Shown piece by piece: positions 34,901-45,327 of a stretch of DNA of 64,000 nucleotides. Numbering within the stretch: position 1 is the first letter of the stretch; each line of letters begins with the position of its first letter. The translations under genes were made by a program, and so were the position numbers. Below the pieces are notes generated by a model. The model was not told the DNA's origin. It worked only from the letters and a program-made list of their open reading frames with translations, and did no database searches. The stretch is taken from positions 282,507-346,506 of the forward strand of contig BCKQ01000001.1 of assembly GCA_001600695.1 (NCBI GenBank), read 5' to 3'. Source of the DNA: Ascoidea asiatica JCM 7603. Its lineage: Eukaryota > Fungi > Ascomycota.

Positions 34901-36368
34901 TAATTTGATTACTAATAATGAAAATTTGTCAAATTATTTAAGTCCAACATATGATAGTTCAAATCCTGATAATTTGAATATTAATAGATCCCGATCTTCT
35001 TCTAATATAACTGTCTGCTCCTTAGATATAAACTCAGATGATAATTCAAATAATGTCTTTGATAAAGTGATAAAGATAATCCAAAGACGCCTAAAGGGTA
35101 AAAAATCAACTAATATTAGACGAAGATCAAATTTTTCTAGGATATCTTCAAAGTCTTTTAAAGAAAAACTTTTTGAAAATCTTACCAAAATTTTTTTTCC
35201 TAGTTTTATCAATTTTTCTCAGAAATCCCTTATTGATAGAACTTTATTAATTTTAATTAGTCCAATTGTATGTCTACTCAGAATAAGTATACCGGTTAGA
35301 GACTTTCAAAAGGATATAAAAAGCGATACAAAAGTGTTAAAAAAGTTGACACAATTAAGAACATTAAGTGATTTTTCAATTCCTGGTGATTCATTTGATA
35401 GTAATGCATCAAATAGCAATGAAGGAACCTCAACATCTGTTTTGGAATTGTTTGAAGAAGAATATGAAGAGTCAAGCTCTATGGTTTATATCAATGAATT
35501 GATCTTATTGATAATTCAAGCTATTTTGGCTCCTTATTTACTTATTTATTTTATGTTTGCAAGCAGAGAAAGCGAAGACAATAGATCTAATATTGATTCA
35601 TTGCTTTATGGAATTGGTTTTATGATTTCATTAATGCTACTTGGTTCAATACTCTATGCTTTCAATCCAAAAAAAACTAGTATATATGAACTACTTAACG
35701 ATAAGCTATTTAAAAGTCATAAAAAATCAAATCAATATCAGTTTCAATCAAAACCTCAATCATATCAAACTAGAGTCACAAGAAATTTGATTAGTCAATT
35801 ATCTAAAGATTCTCATATTTATAAAAATTTGAAATTCAAAAATATTTTGAATTTTGCTCTTTCACTTATGGGATTTTCTGTAAGTATTGCATGGATATCA
35901 ATTATAGCAACTGAGGTTATTGCAATTCTTAAATTTTATTCAGTTATCTGGCATTTATCAGATGCAATTATAGGAATAACTATTTTTGCTATGGGAAATT
36001 CATTAGGAGATTTCATTTCAAACTTTACAATAGCTAAAATGGGATTTCCAAGAATGGCATTTGCTGCTTGTCTTGGAGGTCCATTATTAAATATACTAAT
36101 TGGTATTGGAGGAAGTGGTTTAATTATTATACCAAATAAAGAATATCAAAGGCAATTACCTGATTTAATTAAAGATGGATTCAGTTATAAAATTCAATTA
36201 AGTTCAACATTGGTTATAAGTAATATAACATTAATAATCAATTTAGTTTTTTTACTAATTGCAGTTCCCATGAATAACTGGAAAATGAACAAATTAATTG
36301 GGGTTACTTTAATTAGTATGTGGACACTTGCAACTTTAGTTAATGTATTAATAGAGTTATTCATGTAA
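31980..36368 (+). CDS. ECM27: Cation/Ca2+ exchanger (CCX family) with greatly expanded central loop
   Basis: Signal peptide; ASDYLCPNL, alpha-1 GLTLLALGNGSPDIFST, alpha-2 GITIFAMGNSLGDFISN, ACLGGPLLNILIGIG. Confidence 0.9.
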   Translation: MNILTKFIFLFNFFTLIYSNSIIDLNSNINQIPNEISNQIPDKIPNKLNSPSESFSTLNSRSNFQINTQSSIQLKSKINQSQSENETLTSFTNNSIDLNSILLKRDNLNNNINSTPSNKTCELINKLPFEERCPFVLQNCQNQNIGFINYLNLYYCQISNNNDKNSNSIISFFKSQNFIIFFSIILLVILFTSLGLTASDYLCPNLNSISKILGMNENITGLTLLALGNGSPDIFSTFTAMKIGSGSLAIGELIGAALFITSVVIGSLAIIKPFTVYKGLFLRDLSFFLITILFVDFYCLLKGNLTLNNCIQLIFLYFIYVSIILIWQYISKQRIIKQNQEIQSRSLYSDNSLSFSINSNNSNHTNLSNPSTPNNIINNSTNLNNSQNSLNSTSKVSSFHSYSDDLDLLNDNEGDNERDENDDDDDLYNERLPDIDDLISSANDSNNFSNNNKKNNFPINLNQNPFLPDSNSNSNSNLPQFQINNDSGDSDDSDSNNNINNRNSNYGSTAHSHKSYKSHNNSSNQIRSIKSFSLLQKNKSTFSFHSNNSYITSNTNNKIPNDNDNNNDLENNLSNINDYDDNMDEQLAVESSALLVRPSLLNALEFKQAVENLRKNNNLPFNSSFSNNHNFTNNQNQHHHHHHHKPTYSRNVSQYSDSVVNQEAVNVNQDSSLRPSRTNISQSNKDIFDNNNNIISLNNSNNGRRKSVPESGNKSHKRSFHSRNSHMSIVDFNPVDDISLATINNTPIDANLSLNPSSLINDAALANLNRSRNLSNLSNNLPKESHRDSLHLIDQKHNLTTLDKSTIRPNSEPLTRKGHRRRKSYSDLIVTNSQPAYRDDPTSYHDDSPNILINNSQNDYNDFDTQNDFDFQSMKDYKINNDFEVSKDFKMPLDFSMDQNIEEDDNNDNNNDNIKKDRNTDGINGDTFVFNRDASSTSRDNGRDASPLSHAPYESNINNFVPNLVIETNTNGDSNLITNNENLSNYLSPTYDSSNPDNLNINRSRSSSNITVCSLDINSDDNSNNVFDKVIKIIQRRLKGKKSTNIRRRSNFSRISSKSFKEKLFENLTKIFFPSFINFSQKSLIDRTLLILISPIVCLLRISIPVRDFQKDIKSDTKVLKKLTQLRTLSDFSIPGDSFDSNASNSNEGTSTSVLELFEEEYEESSSMVYINELILLIIQAILAPYLLIYFMFASRESEDNRSNIDSLLYGIGFMISLMLLGSILYAFNPKKTSIYELLNDKLFKSHKKSNQYQFQSKPQSYQTRVTRNLISQLSKDSHIYKNLKFKNILNFALSLMGFSVSIAWISIIATEVIAILKFYSVIWHLSDAIIGITIFAMGNSLGDFISNFTIAKMGFPRMAFAACLGGPLLNILIGIGGSGLIIIPNKEYQRQLPDLIKDGFSYKIQLSSTLVISNITLIINLVFLLIAVPMNNWKMNKLIGVTLISMWTLATLVNVLIELFM

Positions 36369-36915
36369 ATTAATTATATAATGTTTTTATATCTGTTTAT
36401 TCTTATTTTTATTTTTATTTTTATTTTATTTTTATTTTATTTTCTTATCTTTTTTTCAATTTGATTCTCATTTTCCTTTTGTTTCTTTATCATTTTATTT
36501 CAGAACATGCATATTATCATTTTTCTTATGATATTTAACTCTATTTGATATTCAATTTTTCATAGCTTTGCATGCTTATTTCATTTCTTTTTAATTATTC
36601 AATTGATTGTTTTTGATTAATTTTGTTCATTTTAACTATTTTAACTATTTTAACTATTTTGGTGTTTAAGAATTTTTATTTTTTTATTAAATTTTAAGTG
36701 TTTTATTATTTTATTGGTTTTCATTTTTTTTGTACCTATGATATTTTATAAAGTAGTTTTATGATTTTCTTTTATAATATATATATCATTTAGGGTGTAA
36801 TAATGTATTAAAAATATTTATTCAAATACATAAAATTATGAAAAAATTATGAATAATGTATATATACTGTATATAAATAATAATAATAGTTGAAAAGAAA
36901 AGTTATTATTATTCT

Positions 36916-38769
36916 TCAGAAGAAATCTTCATCTAAATAAGCATTTTGAGAAAATTCACTTAATTCAGCTTCTTCTTCTCTTAATTGATTAAGATAAGCA
37001 TCATCAACTCTATTTTTAGTTTCTGGATATCTCATACTTTTAACAAATTCATCATGTAATTGATTAATAAATTTAATTCTATTACTATATTCAATTTGAG
37101 GTATTTCACTATCATAAATATTTAAAATTTCTTTACTTGACATATAACCTTTTTGATGATTAATTGTTGCTTCTAAAACATTATCTTTAATTAATTTTGA
37201 AATAATATATTCAGCATTTGATTCGGAATCTAATTGTAATTTAAGACAAATATCTTTTAAAGAAATTTTTTTATAAGATAATGAAATTAATCTTAAACCA
37301 GTTTTAATAACATTTTTACGTAATCTAAAAATTAAATTATAATTATTATCATTTTTAAAAATTTTAGAATATTTAATTAAAGAATTATTAAAATAATTTA
37401 AATCACCTAATTTAACAGATTTAGTAATTTCCATGTATGGAATTAAAAATTTTGAAAAATTTGAATTTTTAAAAATTTTTATATCTGGAATATCACCCAT
37501 TAATAATTCAATTAAAATATTTAATTTATGAGAAGAAATTAAAAACCCTTGAACAAAAATTGATTGAGGAGTTTTTCTAATTGAAGTTATAATATCATTT
37601 AAGGCTTGAGAATAATTTAATTGAATTGTATTAATTCTAGCTAAATAATAAAAATATCTTGAAGTTAAATTATTACCACAATTTATTGGAAATTGAACTT
37701 TATTAAATAAATTAATAGCTTGTTGAATATCATTTGAAATTAAATAATTTCTTAATAATAAAGTTATAATTGAACCTGAAGTTTCATTATCATGTTTTAA
37801 AGTTGAAGTTCTTAAAGCAGATAATAAATTTAATCTTAAATTAATTAAATTTGGAAAAAATTCATTAATATTATTATTTTTTAAATTATTTTTTTTATCT
37901 AATAATTCTGAAGTTCTTAAAATATAAAACCAAGATTTTGCTTGAATATAATCTAAAGTTCTTTTATTAAAAGAATTCATTAATTTAATAATTTTTAAAT
38001 TTAAATTATTTAATAAAATTAAATTTTTATTATCATATAAATATAATTGAATTAATAAATGAATAAATAAATTAATTTCAGGAATTGGAAAAATATTTTT
38101 TTTTAATTGATTTTTTTTAAAATTTAAATCTTTTTTATTTAATAATTGTAAAGGAGATTTTTTAATTTCATTTTCAATTTCAATTTCAATTTCAATTTCA
38201 GTTTCCAATTTTTTTAAATCTTTTGAATTGTTATCATCCATATTAATATCATTATCATTATTATCAATAATTTCTATATCTTTATCCTTTGATTTAGAAT
38301 CTTTTTGTTTTTCTTTTTCTTTTTTATTATAAGTAATAACTTGATTTAAAATTTCATTATTATTATCTAAATTAGATAAACATTCTAATAAATAATTTTT
38401 TTGAAAATTCAATTGATTTAAATCAATTTCATTTATACTACTACTACTACTATTTTTAAAATCATTATTATTATTATTATTATCAGGATTATAAACATTT
38501 AAGATTAAATTGAATAAGAGATGTAAATTTAAACTATGTCTTAAAGGACTTAATTCTCTAAAAACTTTTAAAATATATCTTGATTCCAAATTATTTGAAG
38601 CTTTTTGAATTAATTCTAAAGATTTATTTAAATCTGAAATTAATTTCAAATTTTTCTCAATTTCAAAAAAATTAATTTCATTATTATCTGAATCCACCAT
38701 TTCAATATCATCAGTATCTTTATCAATTGATTTATCTGATTTTAAAGAATCAGATACTAAAGAAGACAT
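36916..38769 (-). CDS. RPN3: 26S proteasome lid subunit Rpn3
   Basis: First ATG at 38769 (track starts at TTG 38823); KRTLDYIQAKSWFY, LLLRNYL, RYFYYLARINTIQLNY, ELLMGDIP, NVIKTGLRLISLSYKKISLKDICLKL, VKSMRYP. Confidence 0.96.
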   Translation of the reverse strand: MSSLVSDSLKSDKSIDKDTDDIEMVDSDNNEINFFEIEKNLKLISDLNKSLELIQKASNNLESRYILKVFRELSPLRHSLNLHLLFNLILNVYNPDNNNNNNDFKNSSSSSINEIDLNQLNFQKNYLLECLSNLDNNNEILNQVITYNKKEKEKQKDSKSKDKDIEIIDNNDNDINMDDNNSKDLKKLETEIEIEIEIENEIKKSPLQLLNKKDLNFKKNQLKKNIFPIPEINLFIHLLIQLYLYDNKNLILLNNLNLKIIKLMNSFNKRTLDYIQAKSWFYILRTSELLDKKNNLKNNNINEFFPNLINLRLNLLSALRTSTLKHDNETSGSIITLLLRNYLISNDIQQAINLFNKVQFPINCGNNLTSRYFYYLARINTIQLNYSQALNDIITSIRKTPQSIFVQGFLISSHKLNILIELLMGDIPDIKIFKNSNFSKFLIPYMEITKSVKLGDLNYFNNSLIKYSKIFKNDNNYNLIFRLRKNVIKTGLRLISLSYKKISLKDICLKLQLDSESNAEYIISKLIKDNVLEATINHQKGYMSSKEILNIYDSEIPQIEYSNRIKFINQLHDEFVKSMRYPETKNRVDDAYLNQLREEEAELSEFSQNAYLDEDFF

Positions 38770-38915
38770 TGCAGTAAGTTTTAAATGAATGAAAGCAGTG
38801 CAATTGATTAAACACTCCAACAATTTTGTTTTATCGATGATTGACTGATAATTCGATTATGAATTGATTAAAAGTAATTAAAACAAAGCTTCTTTTAAAG
38901 TAAATCCAAGTTTTG

Positions 38916-39096
38916 TTTGCCACTTTTCAATGTTTTCAGATTCGAAATTGGAAGGAAACAGAGGTCTGGCACGTGGTAAAGCAGTAGACCTCGATTTTTA
39001 AAGGGGTTTTGAAGTTTTCTGATTGTCGCCAGAACTGCGGGACTTCTTTTGAAAAAAGGAGAGCCGAGATACTGGTCTCTAGCTAGTGTCGCCACC
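38916..39096 (-). promoter_or_regulatory. Rpn4/PACE-like sites and E-box upstream of RPN3
   Basis: Minus strand AGTGGCAAA (38916-38924) and GGTGGCGAC (39088-39096); CACGTG at 38970. Confidence 0.7.
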
Positions 39097-39627
39097 TTTT
39101 CGGGTCTTCTTCCCGTTTAGGAAAAATCAAAACAAAGCAAAATAAAATTTTATTTTTGCAGCAGTGAAAAAATGAAATAATTTGAAATTGAAGAACAGAA
39201 AGAAACAACAAAGAAAGAAAGAAAGAAAGAAAGAGAGAAAGAGAGAAAGGGTTTGGATTCTTCTTCACAAGACACAAAAGCACCAAAGTCAGCTTGGAGT
39301 TCTTTTGAAATGGCACTGGGATAGATTCATTGTTGCCTGGTTCTGGTGGTTCTGGTGTTTCTGTTTCGATGAACTCTTTAAAATGCCTTTCATAGTCTTG
39401 AATTGAAACCATTTCCAAATTAAACCAATTTAATTCAATTGCATTGAACTATTTCAATAATCAAATAAACAAATTCAAATGCTTGATTAATTTGGCTAAT
39501 AAATTCATTAGAATCATCATTCAAATCAAGTTCATTTCAATAATAAATTGGAATATAATATAATCTAATTATACTGATTAAATAATATATCTAATACATC
39601 ATTCCCCTTTTTAAAATACTTATAAAG

Positions 39628-41259
39628 ATGAAATTTTTATTATTTAAAATTTTATTAATATTATTATTTATCTTAATCAATCTTTCAATATCTTTAGTTT
39701 TACCAAATTCTTCCACTTTAAAAACTTTAAAAACTCCAAATATTTCAAATAATAATAATAATAAAAATGAAAAAAATGAAAAAAATGAAAAAAGAATTGA
39801 AAAAAATTTTAAAAATAATATAAATTCAAATGTAAATTCATTAAAAACAATTTATAATAAATTTGATGAAAAGAAAATTTGTGATTGTTCTTCAAATTTT
39901 AAAAATTCTTTTAATGGTTTATCAATTCAAAAAGAATATATTATTAAAAATAATGATGCTCCAATTTATAATTTTAATTCAATTATAAATTGTATAAATA
40001 ATGAAATTGATTGGGAAATTTTAAATCCATTAATTTCAAATAATGATAAAAAATTAATTTTTGATTGGAATGATCCATTTTGTTTAATAACTAATTCTGA
40101 TAATAATAATAATATTAATATTAAAGATATTTTTAATAATAATCAAAATTTAACTGGAGAAATTGAAATTGAAAAAAAATTAAAAAAAAATCATATTGAT
40201 TTAAATATTTCAAAGAAAAAAAAAAATTTATTAAAATTTAAAAATGATCCAATTAAAACTTTTTTTAAATCAAATAATATTTTAAATAAAAAAAAAAGAG
40301 AATATTCAAGAAAAAATAGAAATAAAATTTTAAATTCAAAATTATCAAAAGAATTAATTGAAATTGAAATTAATAATGAAAAATTTTTAAATAATTTAGA
40401 TAATAATAATCAAGATAATTTTTTTATTCATAATTCAATTTATAAAAAAATTGAATGTTATAAATTTGCAAGAAATAAAAATTATTTACATCAAAGAGAT
40501 ATTTGGTCACCAAATAAATTTATTGGTGGTTTATTTAAATGTGATTTATCTGAGAATATTAAAAAAAATTTATTAATTAATCAAAAATTATCAAATTATT
40601 TTCAACCAATTAAAAATTTAAAATGTATTAATGAAATATCAATACCAATTTCTCCATTAATTTCAAATGATATTTCAAAACAATGGTTTCAATTAAAAGA
40701 TGATGATAATGAAAAATTAAATCATAATTCTTATCAAATTAAAAGAATTCCATTATTTTATACATTAAATTCAATTAATAATTTAATTGGAGAACCTGGT
40801 GGTGATGAATTAATAAATTTTAAAAATAATGATAATAATATTGAAATTATAAATAAAATTCCAAAAGATTGGTATAAATTTATTGATATTAATGAAGAAT
40901 ATAATTATAATAAAGATGATTTAAATTTAATTAATGAATATAAAAAAAAAATATTTGAATTTTTTAAAAAAACATTAGAAATTGAAGAAAAAAATTTACC
41001 ATGGAATTTAAAAAAAAATAGTAAAAATGATAAAACAATAAAATTAAATTGTCTTTTATCAAATTTAAATACAGAACAAAAATTTTTATCATTAATGGGA
41101 TCATTATCAACAAATAAAATTAATTATTATTTTAATAAATTAAATTTAATTTGGGAAGAATTTAAATTATCAACAGAATATAATTTAAATTTTAAAATTT
41201 TAGATTCAAATAATTATAATTATAATAAATTATCATTAAATGATTTAATTAATATATAA
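39628..41259 (+). CDS. Uncharacterised secreted protein, Cys/Trp-containing
   Basis: 543 aa ORF with hydrophobic signal peptide, dibasic KR sites, motif-like IECYKFARNKNYLHQRDIWSPNKFIGGLFKCDL. Confidence 0.7.
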   Translation: MKFLLFKILLILLFILINLSISLVLPNSSTLKTLKTPNISNNNNNKNEKNEKNEKRIEKNFKNNINSNVNSLKTIYNKFDEKKICDCSSNFKNSFNGLSIQKEYIIKNNDAPIYNFNSIINCINNEIDWEILNPLISNNDKKLIFDWNDPFCLITNSDNNNNINIKDIFNNNQNLTGEIEIEKKLKKNHIDLNISKKKKNLLKFKNDPIKTFFKSNNILNKKKREYSRKNRNKILNSKLSKELIEIEINNEKFLNNLDNNNQDNFFIHNSIYKKIECYKFARNKNYLHQRDIWSPNKFIGGLFKCDLSENIKKNLLINQKLSNYFQPIKNLKCINEISIPISPLISNDISKQWFQLKDDDNEKLNHNSYQIKRIPLFYTLNSINNLIGEPGGDELINFKNNDNNIEIINKIPKDWYKFIDINEEYNYNKDDLNLINEYKKKIFEFFKKTLEIEEKNLPWNLKKNSKNDKTIKLNCLLSNLNTEQKFLSLMGSLSTNKINYYFNKLNLIWEEFKLSTEYNLNFKILDSNNYNYNKLSLNDLINI

Positions 41260-41296
41260 ATATAGTATATATAATATATATATAGTATATAAATTA

Positions 41297-42577
41297 TTAA
41301 TGATGACTTAAATTTTTTAATCTTTCTTTTTTTTCTTTTATTCTTTTTTTTTCACGTTTAGATTCTAATTTTTCATCAATTTTAGCTCTTTTTGTTGAAA
41401 ATTCTTCTTCTTCAAGTACATCAAAACCATCAGCTTCCATATCAGATAAATCATCATCAGTAAAAGAATTATATGTTCTATTACGAGGACCAAGAATTTT
41501 CCAAATTTCAGCTCTATCATAATCCGGAACATCATCTTTTTCAATGAAACCATCATCATCATCATAATCATCATATCTATCTCTACCACGTACTTTTTCT
41601 CTTTCTCTTTCTCTTTCTATTTCTCTTTTTCTATTTCTAGTTTTTATATTATTGATAGGTTTTTTAATAATATTATTAGTGGAAATAGTAGTTGTAGAAG
41701 ATGATGATGATAATAATTTTTTTTTATTTGAAATTAAATCTTCAGAATCTGAAACTATAAAACCATCATTATGATCATAATCATTCCAATCATTACCATA
41801 TTTATTTTGATTTAATTTTTTATTTTTTAATTTATTTAATTTATTTAATTTATTTAATTTATTTAATTTATTTAATTTATTTAATTTAAATTGTAATTCT
41901 TTTGAAGGTTTTGCAATTGGAATTTGTTTATTATTTTTAATAATTGATGAAGTTTTTAATTTTTTATTATTTAATGATTTTAAAGGTTGAATAATTTGTC
42001 TTTTTATTAATTTATTATTATTTATAGGTTTAACTTTTGAATTATTTATTTGTTTAGTTAATGATTTTTTTAAAATTGGATTAATTGAGAATTTTGAAGT
42101 ATCTATATTTTCAGCAGTTTTCATTAAATCATTAAAATTTAATTTTTTTATAATTAATGTATTTTTTTTTGAATTTCTTAAATTAATTTGATTTAAAAGT
42201 TCTTTTTTTCTTTTTTCTTTATCTATATTATTGTTATTATTATTATTACTAGTATTATTATTACTAGTATTATTATTACTAGTATTATTTGATCTTTTTT
42301 GAATTAATTTTTCTTGTTCTGCTTTTCTTGCAGCTTTTAATCTTGCAACAGAAGGATCATTATATGAATTATGATAATTTCTATTAGAATTAGAATTAGA
42401 ATTAGAATTAGAATTAGAATTAGAATTTGAATTCACTTTAGGTTTAGTAATATATATTCTATTATTTGAATTAGTTATAGATTTTTGTTTATTTGCATTT
42501 GCATTTGCATTTGAAGTTGAAGATGAAGATGAACTATTACCATTTTTAACTTGAGATAAAAGATGAGAAAAATTCAT
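41297..42577 (-). CDS. SPT2: Chromatin protein Spt2
   Basis: MNFSHLLSQV, DPSVARLKAARK, LNFNDLMKTAE, DGFI, YDRAEIWKIL, DDLSDMEADGFDVLEEE..AKIDE. Confidence 0.9.
   Translation of the reverse strand: MNFSHLLSQVKNGNSSSSSSTSNANANANKQKSITNSNNRIYITKPKVNSNSNSNSNSNSNSNSNRNYHNSYNDPSVARLKAARKAEQEKLIQKRSNNTSNNNTSNNNTSNNNNNNNIDKEKRKKELLNQINLRNSKKNTLIIKKLNFNDLMKTAENIDTSKFSINPILKKSLTKQINNSKVKPINNNKLIKRQIIQPLKSLNNKKLKTSSIIKNNKQIPIAKPSKELQFKLNKLNKLNKLNKLNKLNKLKNKKLNQNKYGNDWNDYDHNDGFIVSDSEDLISNKKKLLSSSSSTTTISTNNIIKKPINNIKTRNRKREIEREREREKVRGRDRYDDYDDDDGFIEKDDVPDYDRAEIWKILGPRNRTYNSFTDDDLSDMEADGFDVLEEEEFSTKRAKIDEKLESKREKKRIKEKKERLKNLSHH
41830..41888. repeat. In-frame 9-bp tandem repeat encoding (KLN)n in SPT2
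   Basis: TTTATTTAA units; protein KLNKLNKLNKLNKLNKLNKL. Confidence 0.9.
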
Positions 42578-42893
42578 AGTAACATATATCTTGTATCTTG
42601 TATCTTGTATCTTATATCTTATATCTTTCCTAGTGATAATAAAGTGTAATCAAGAAGTATATATACTGTACATATACTGTATATATAATAATAATAAGAA
42701 TAATAACTACTGAATAATGATCATTATCAAATAACCTTTAAACACTTCAAAACCTCAAAGCTTTATTCAAATTCACTCGCAGCTGAAACACACTCACCAG
42801 CCACTCTCACCGTCCACACCTAACAGCCCTTCTTTTAGGGCTCTGCCAACCGAACCACAAAAACACAAAAACACAAAAACACCACCACAACAG

Positions 42894-42972
42894 TATTACT
42901 ATTCTATTACTATTCTATTACTATTCTATTCTACTACTGTTCTACTACTCTATTACTATTCTACTACTGTTC
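42894..42972. repeat. Degenerate 11-bp minisatellite (TATTACTATTC)
   Basis: Three exact copies followed by decayed copies. Confidence 0.85.
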
Positions 42973-43274
42973 TCTTCTAATGGGAATATCTGTTTATTCA
43001 CTTTATCCACTTTATCCAATACAAGAGTGATTTGATTACAAGAGTAACTAAATAAGTAAACAACTTAATACCTAGTAAATAGAATAACTACAATAACTAA
43101 TAACCATTTCACACTCACTCACTCACTCACACACTCACTTTCTTTCTTTCTTTCCTTCTTTCCTTCTTCTTCTTTTGCTTCATTTTCTTTTGTTTCTTTA
43201 TTAACTTCAAAAACAAGCATTATGCATCACCATGTCTTCCCTGCATATACCAAACCTTAATTATTATAATTATT

Positions 43275-44264
43275 TTAATTATTATAAAATTCAATTTTAT
43301 TATTTAAATAAATTAAATTAATTAAACCAAATTTACCATTTAAAATTTTTTCATCAATAAATTTAAAACATTTTTCATCTCCATATTTAAATTTTATCAT
43401 ACCAATCATTAAATAAAAATTTCTTTTAATTAAAAATTTATTATTATTATTATTATAATTATTTAATTTAAAATTTAAATTTTTAAAAATTTTATTTTTA
43501 AAATAAAATTCATTTAAAATTTTTAAATTTTTTAATTTATTTATTTTAATTTCTTTATTTAATTTATTTCGAATATTAAATTTATTATTTAAATTAAAAT
43601 TTATTGAAATTTTATTTTTTTCTTTATTATTTTTAAAATTATTATATATATTAAAATTTAAATCTTCAATTATATCATTATTATCATTATTATCTTCAAT
43701 CTCAATTTCTTTTTTATTAAAAAAAGAATAATAATTAATTTTATTCTTAAATTTATAATTCATTAAAAATATATTTATATATAAATCAAATATTAAATAT
43801 CCAAATTTATTATATTTCTTATTATTTTCAATATTATTAATATCATCATAATCACATAAATATATTAAATTAATTATATTTCTTTTATCTAATTTATAAT
43901 CATTTGATAAAAATTTTAAATAATTCTTAATTTTTATATCCAAATTTTTTTTAAATAATTTATTATTATAATAATTTATCATTATTTTTTTATAATTATA
44001 ATTATTTATTTCATTATTATTATTATATTCACTTTTTTCTCTATTTAAATAATTTAAATTCATTTTATTTTCTTTAAAATTTTCTCTTCTTTTAAAATCT
44101 TTTATTCTTTTCTTATTTTTATATATCTTTATATTTCCATTTTCATTATTTCTTTTACATACATTTAAATTCAATTTCTCAAATGTATTTCCATTAATTG
44201 TAATACTTGTACATAATGTTGAAAAATAACTTCTAAATATTATTCTACCTATTCCAATTCTCAT
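43275..44264 (-). CDS. Putative mitochondrial protein with degenerate RNase III-like fold (Mrpl15/mL57-like)
   Basis: Arg-rich, acid-free N-terminus; C-terminal FYLMIGMIKFKYGDEKCFKFIDEKIL resembles last helices of RNase III-like domains; recalled similarity only. Confidence 0.4.
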   Translation of the reverse strand: MRIGIGRIIFRSYFSTLCTSITINGNTFEKLNLNVCKRNNENGNIKIYKNKKRIKDFKRRENFKENKMNLNYLNREKSEYNNNNEINNYNYKKIMINYYNNKLFKKNLDIKIKNYLKFLSNDYKLDKRNIINLIYLCDYDDINNIENNKKYNKFGYLIFDLYINIFLMNYKFKNKINYYSFFNKKEIEIEDNNDNNDIIEDLNFNIYNNFKNNKEKNKISINFNLNNKFNIRNKLNKEIKINKLKNLKILNEFYFKNKIFKNLNFKLNNYNNNNNKFLIKRNFYLMIGMIKFKYGDEKCFKFIDEKILNGKFGLINLIYLNNKIEFYNN

Positions 44265-44421
44265 TTTCCCCTTCTCTCCATCTACTCTCTTTATATTCTA
44301 TTCATATATTATTCATTAATATATTCATTATTTATTAATTTATTGTTTGTTTATTAAATATATATTGAAATACCGCATATTGAAAGTACACCATTACCCG
44401 CCTTTATATACTTCAAATCTT

Positions 44422-45115
44422 TCAAAAGAATTGAAATCTGAATTTATAAATTAAAAATGAAAAATATAAAAAAATTAAAGAAAAAAAAATTATGAATAAT
44501 TTAAATTTAAATTTAAATAATTTTTTTTTATAATTAATTTTATTTATATTTTTATTTAATTTTAAAAATTTATTAAAATTATTTAAAATTTTTTTATTTT
44601 TATTTAATTTTAAAAATTTTAAATTTATAATTTTTTCAAATTCATTTAAATTATTTTTAATTTTATTTAAAATTTCTTCATTAATTATTATTAAATTATT
44701 ATTATTATCACTTAGTTTATTATCACTTAGTTTAGTATTTAAAAAACTTTTTGATAAATTATTAATTTTAATTTCAAAAATATTTAAATATTTTAAATAA
44801 TCATTAATTATTTGAATTTTAAAATTATAATTCAATTCATTCTTTAATTCATTCTTTAATTCATTCTTTAATTCATTATAATTAATTGATTTATTATTTG
44901 TAAATTGATTAAATAAATCAAATTTATTCACTTCTAAAATATTATTATTTTTTTCATTATTATCTTTTTTTAAATTTTTAAAATAATTTAAATCTAATTT
45001 AATTTTCTCATCTTTTAAACTATAATCATTATTAATTAAATTATTTGATGAATATTTATTAAAATTTAATAATTTAAAAGGATAATCACTCATAAATCCT
45101 TCATTATCATTTTCT

Positions 45116-45151
<36 letters not shown>

Positions 45152-45274
45152 GTAATATTAAATTTAAGTAAATTTTGATCTAATTTATCTTTACAATCAA
45201 TTAAATTCTTTAAATAATCTATTTTTATATCATCATTTTGAATCTCATTGGGTTTACTTTTATTTTCATTACTG

Positions 45275-45327
<53 letters not shown>

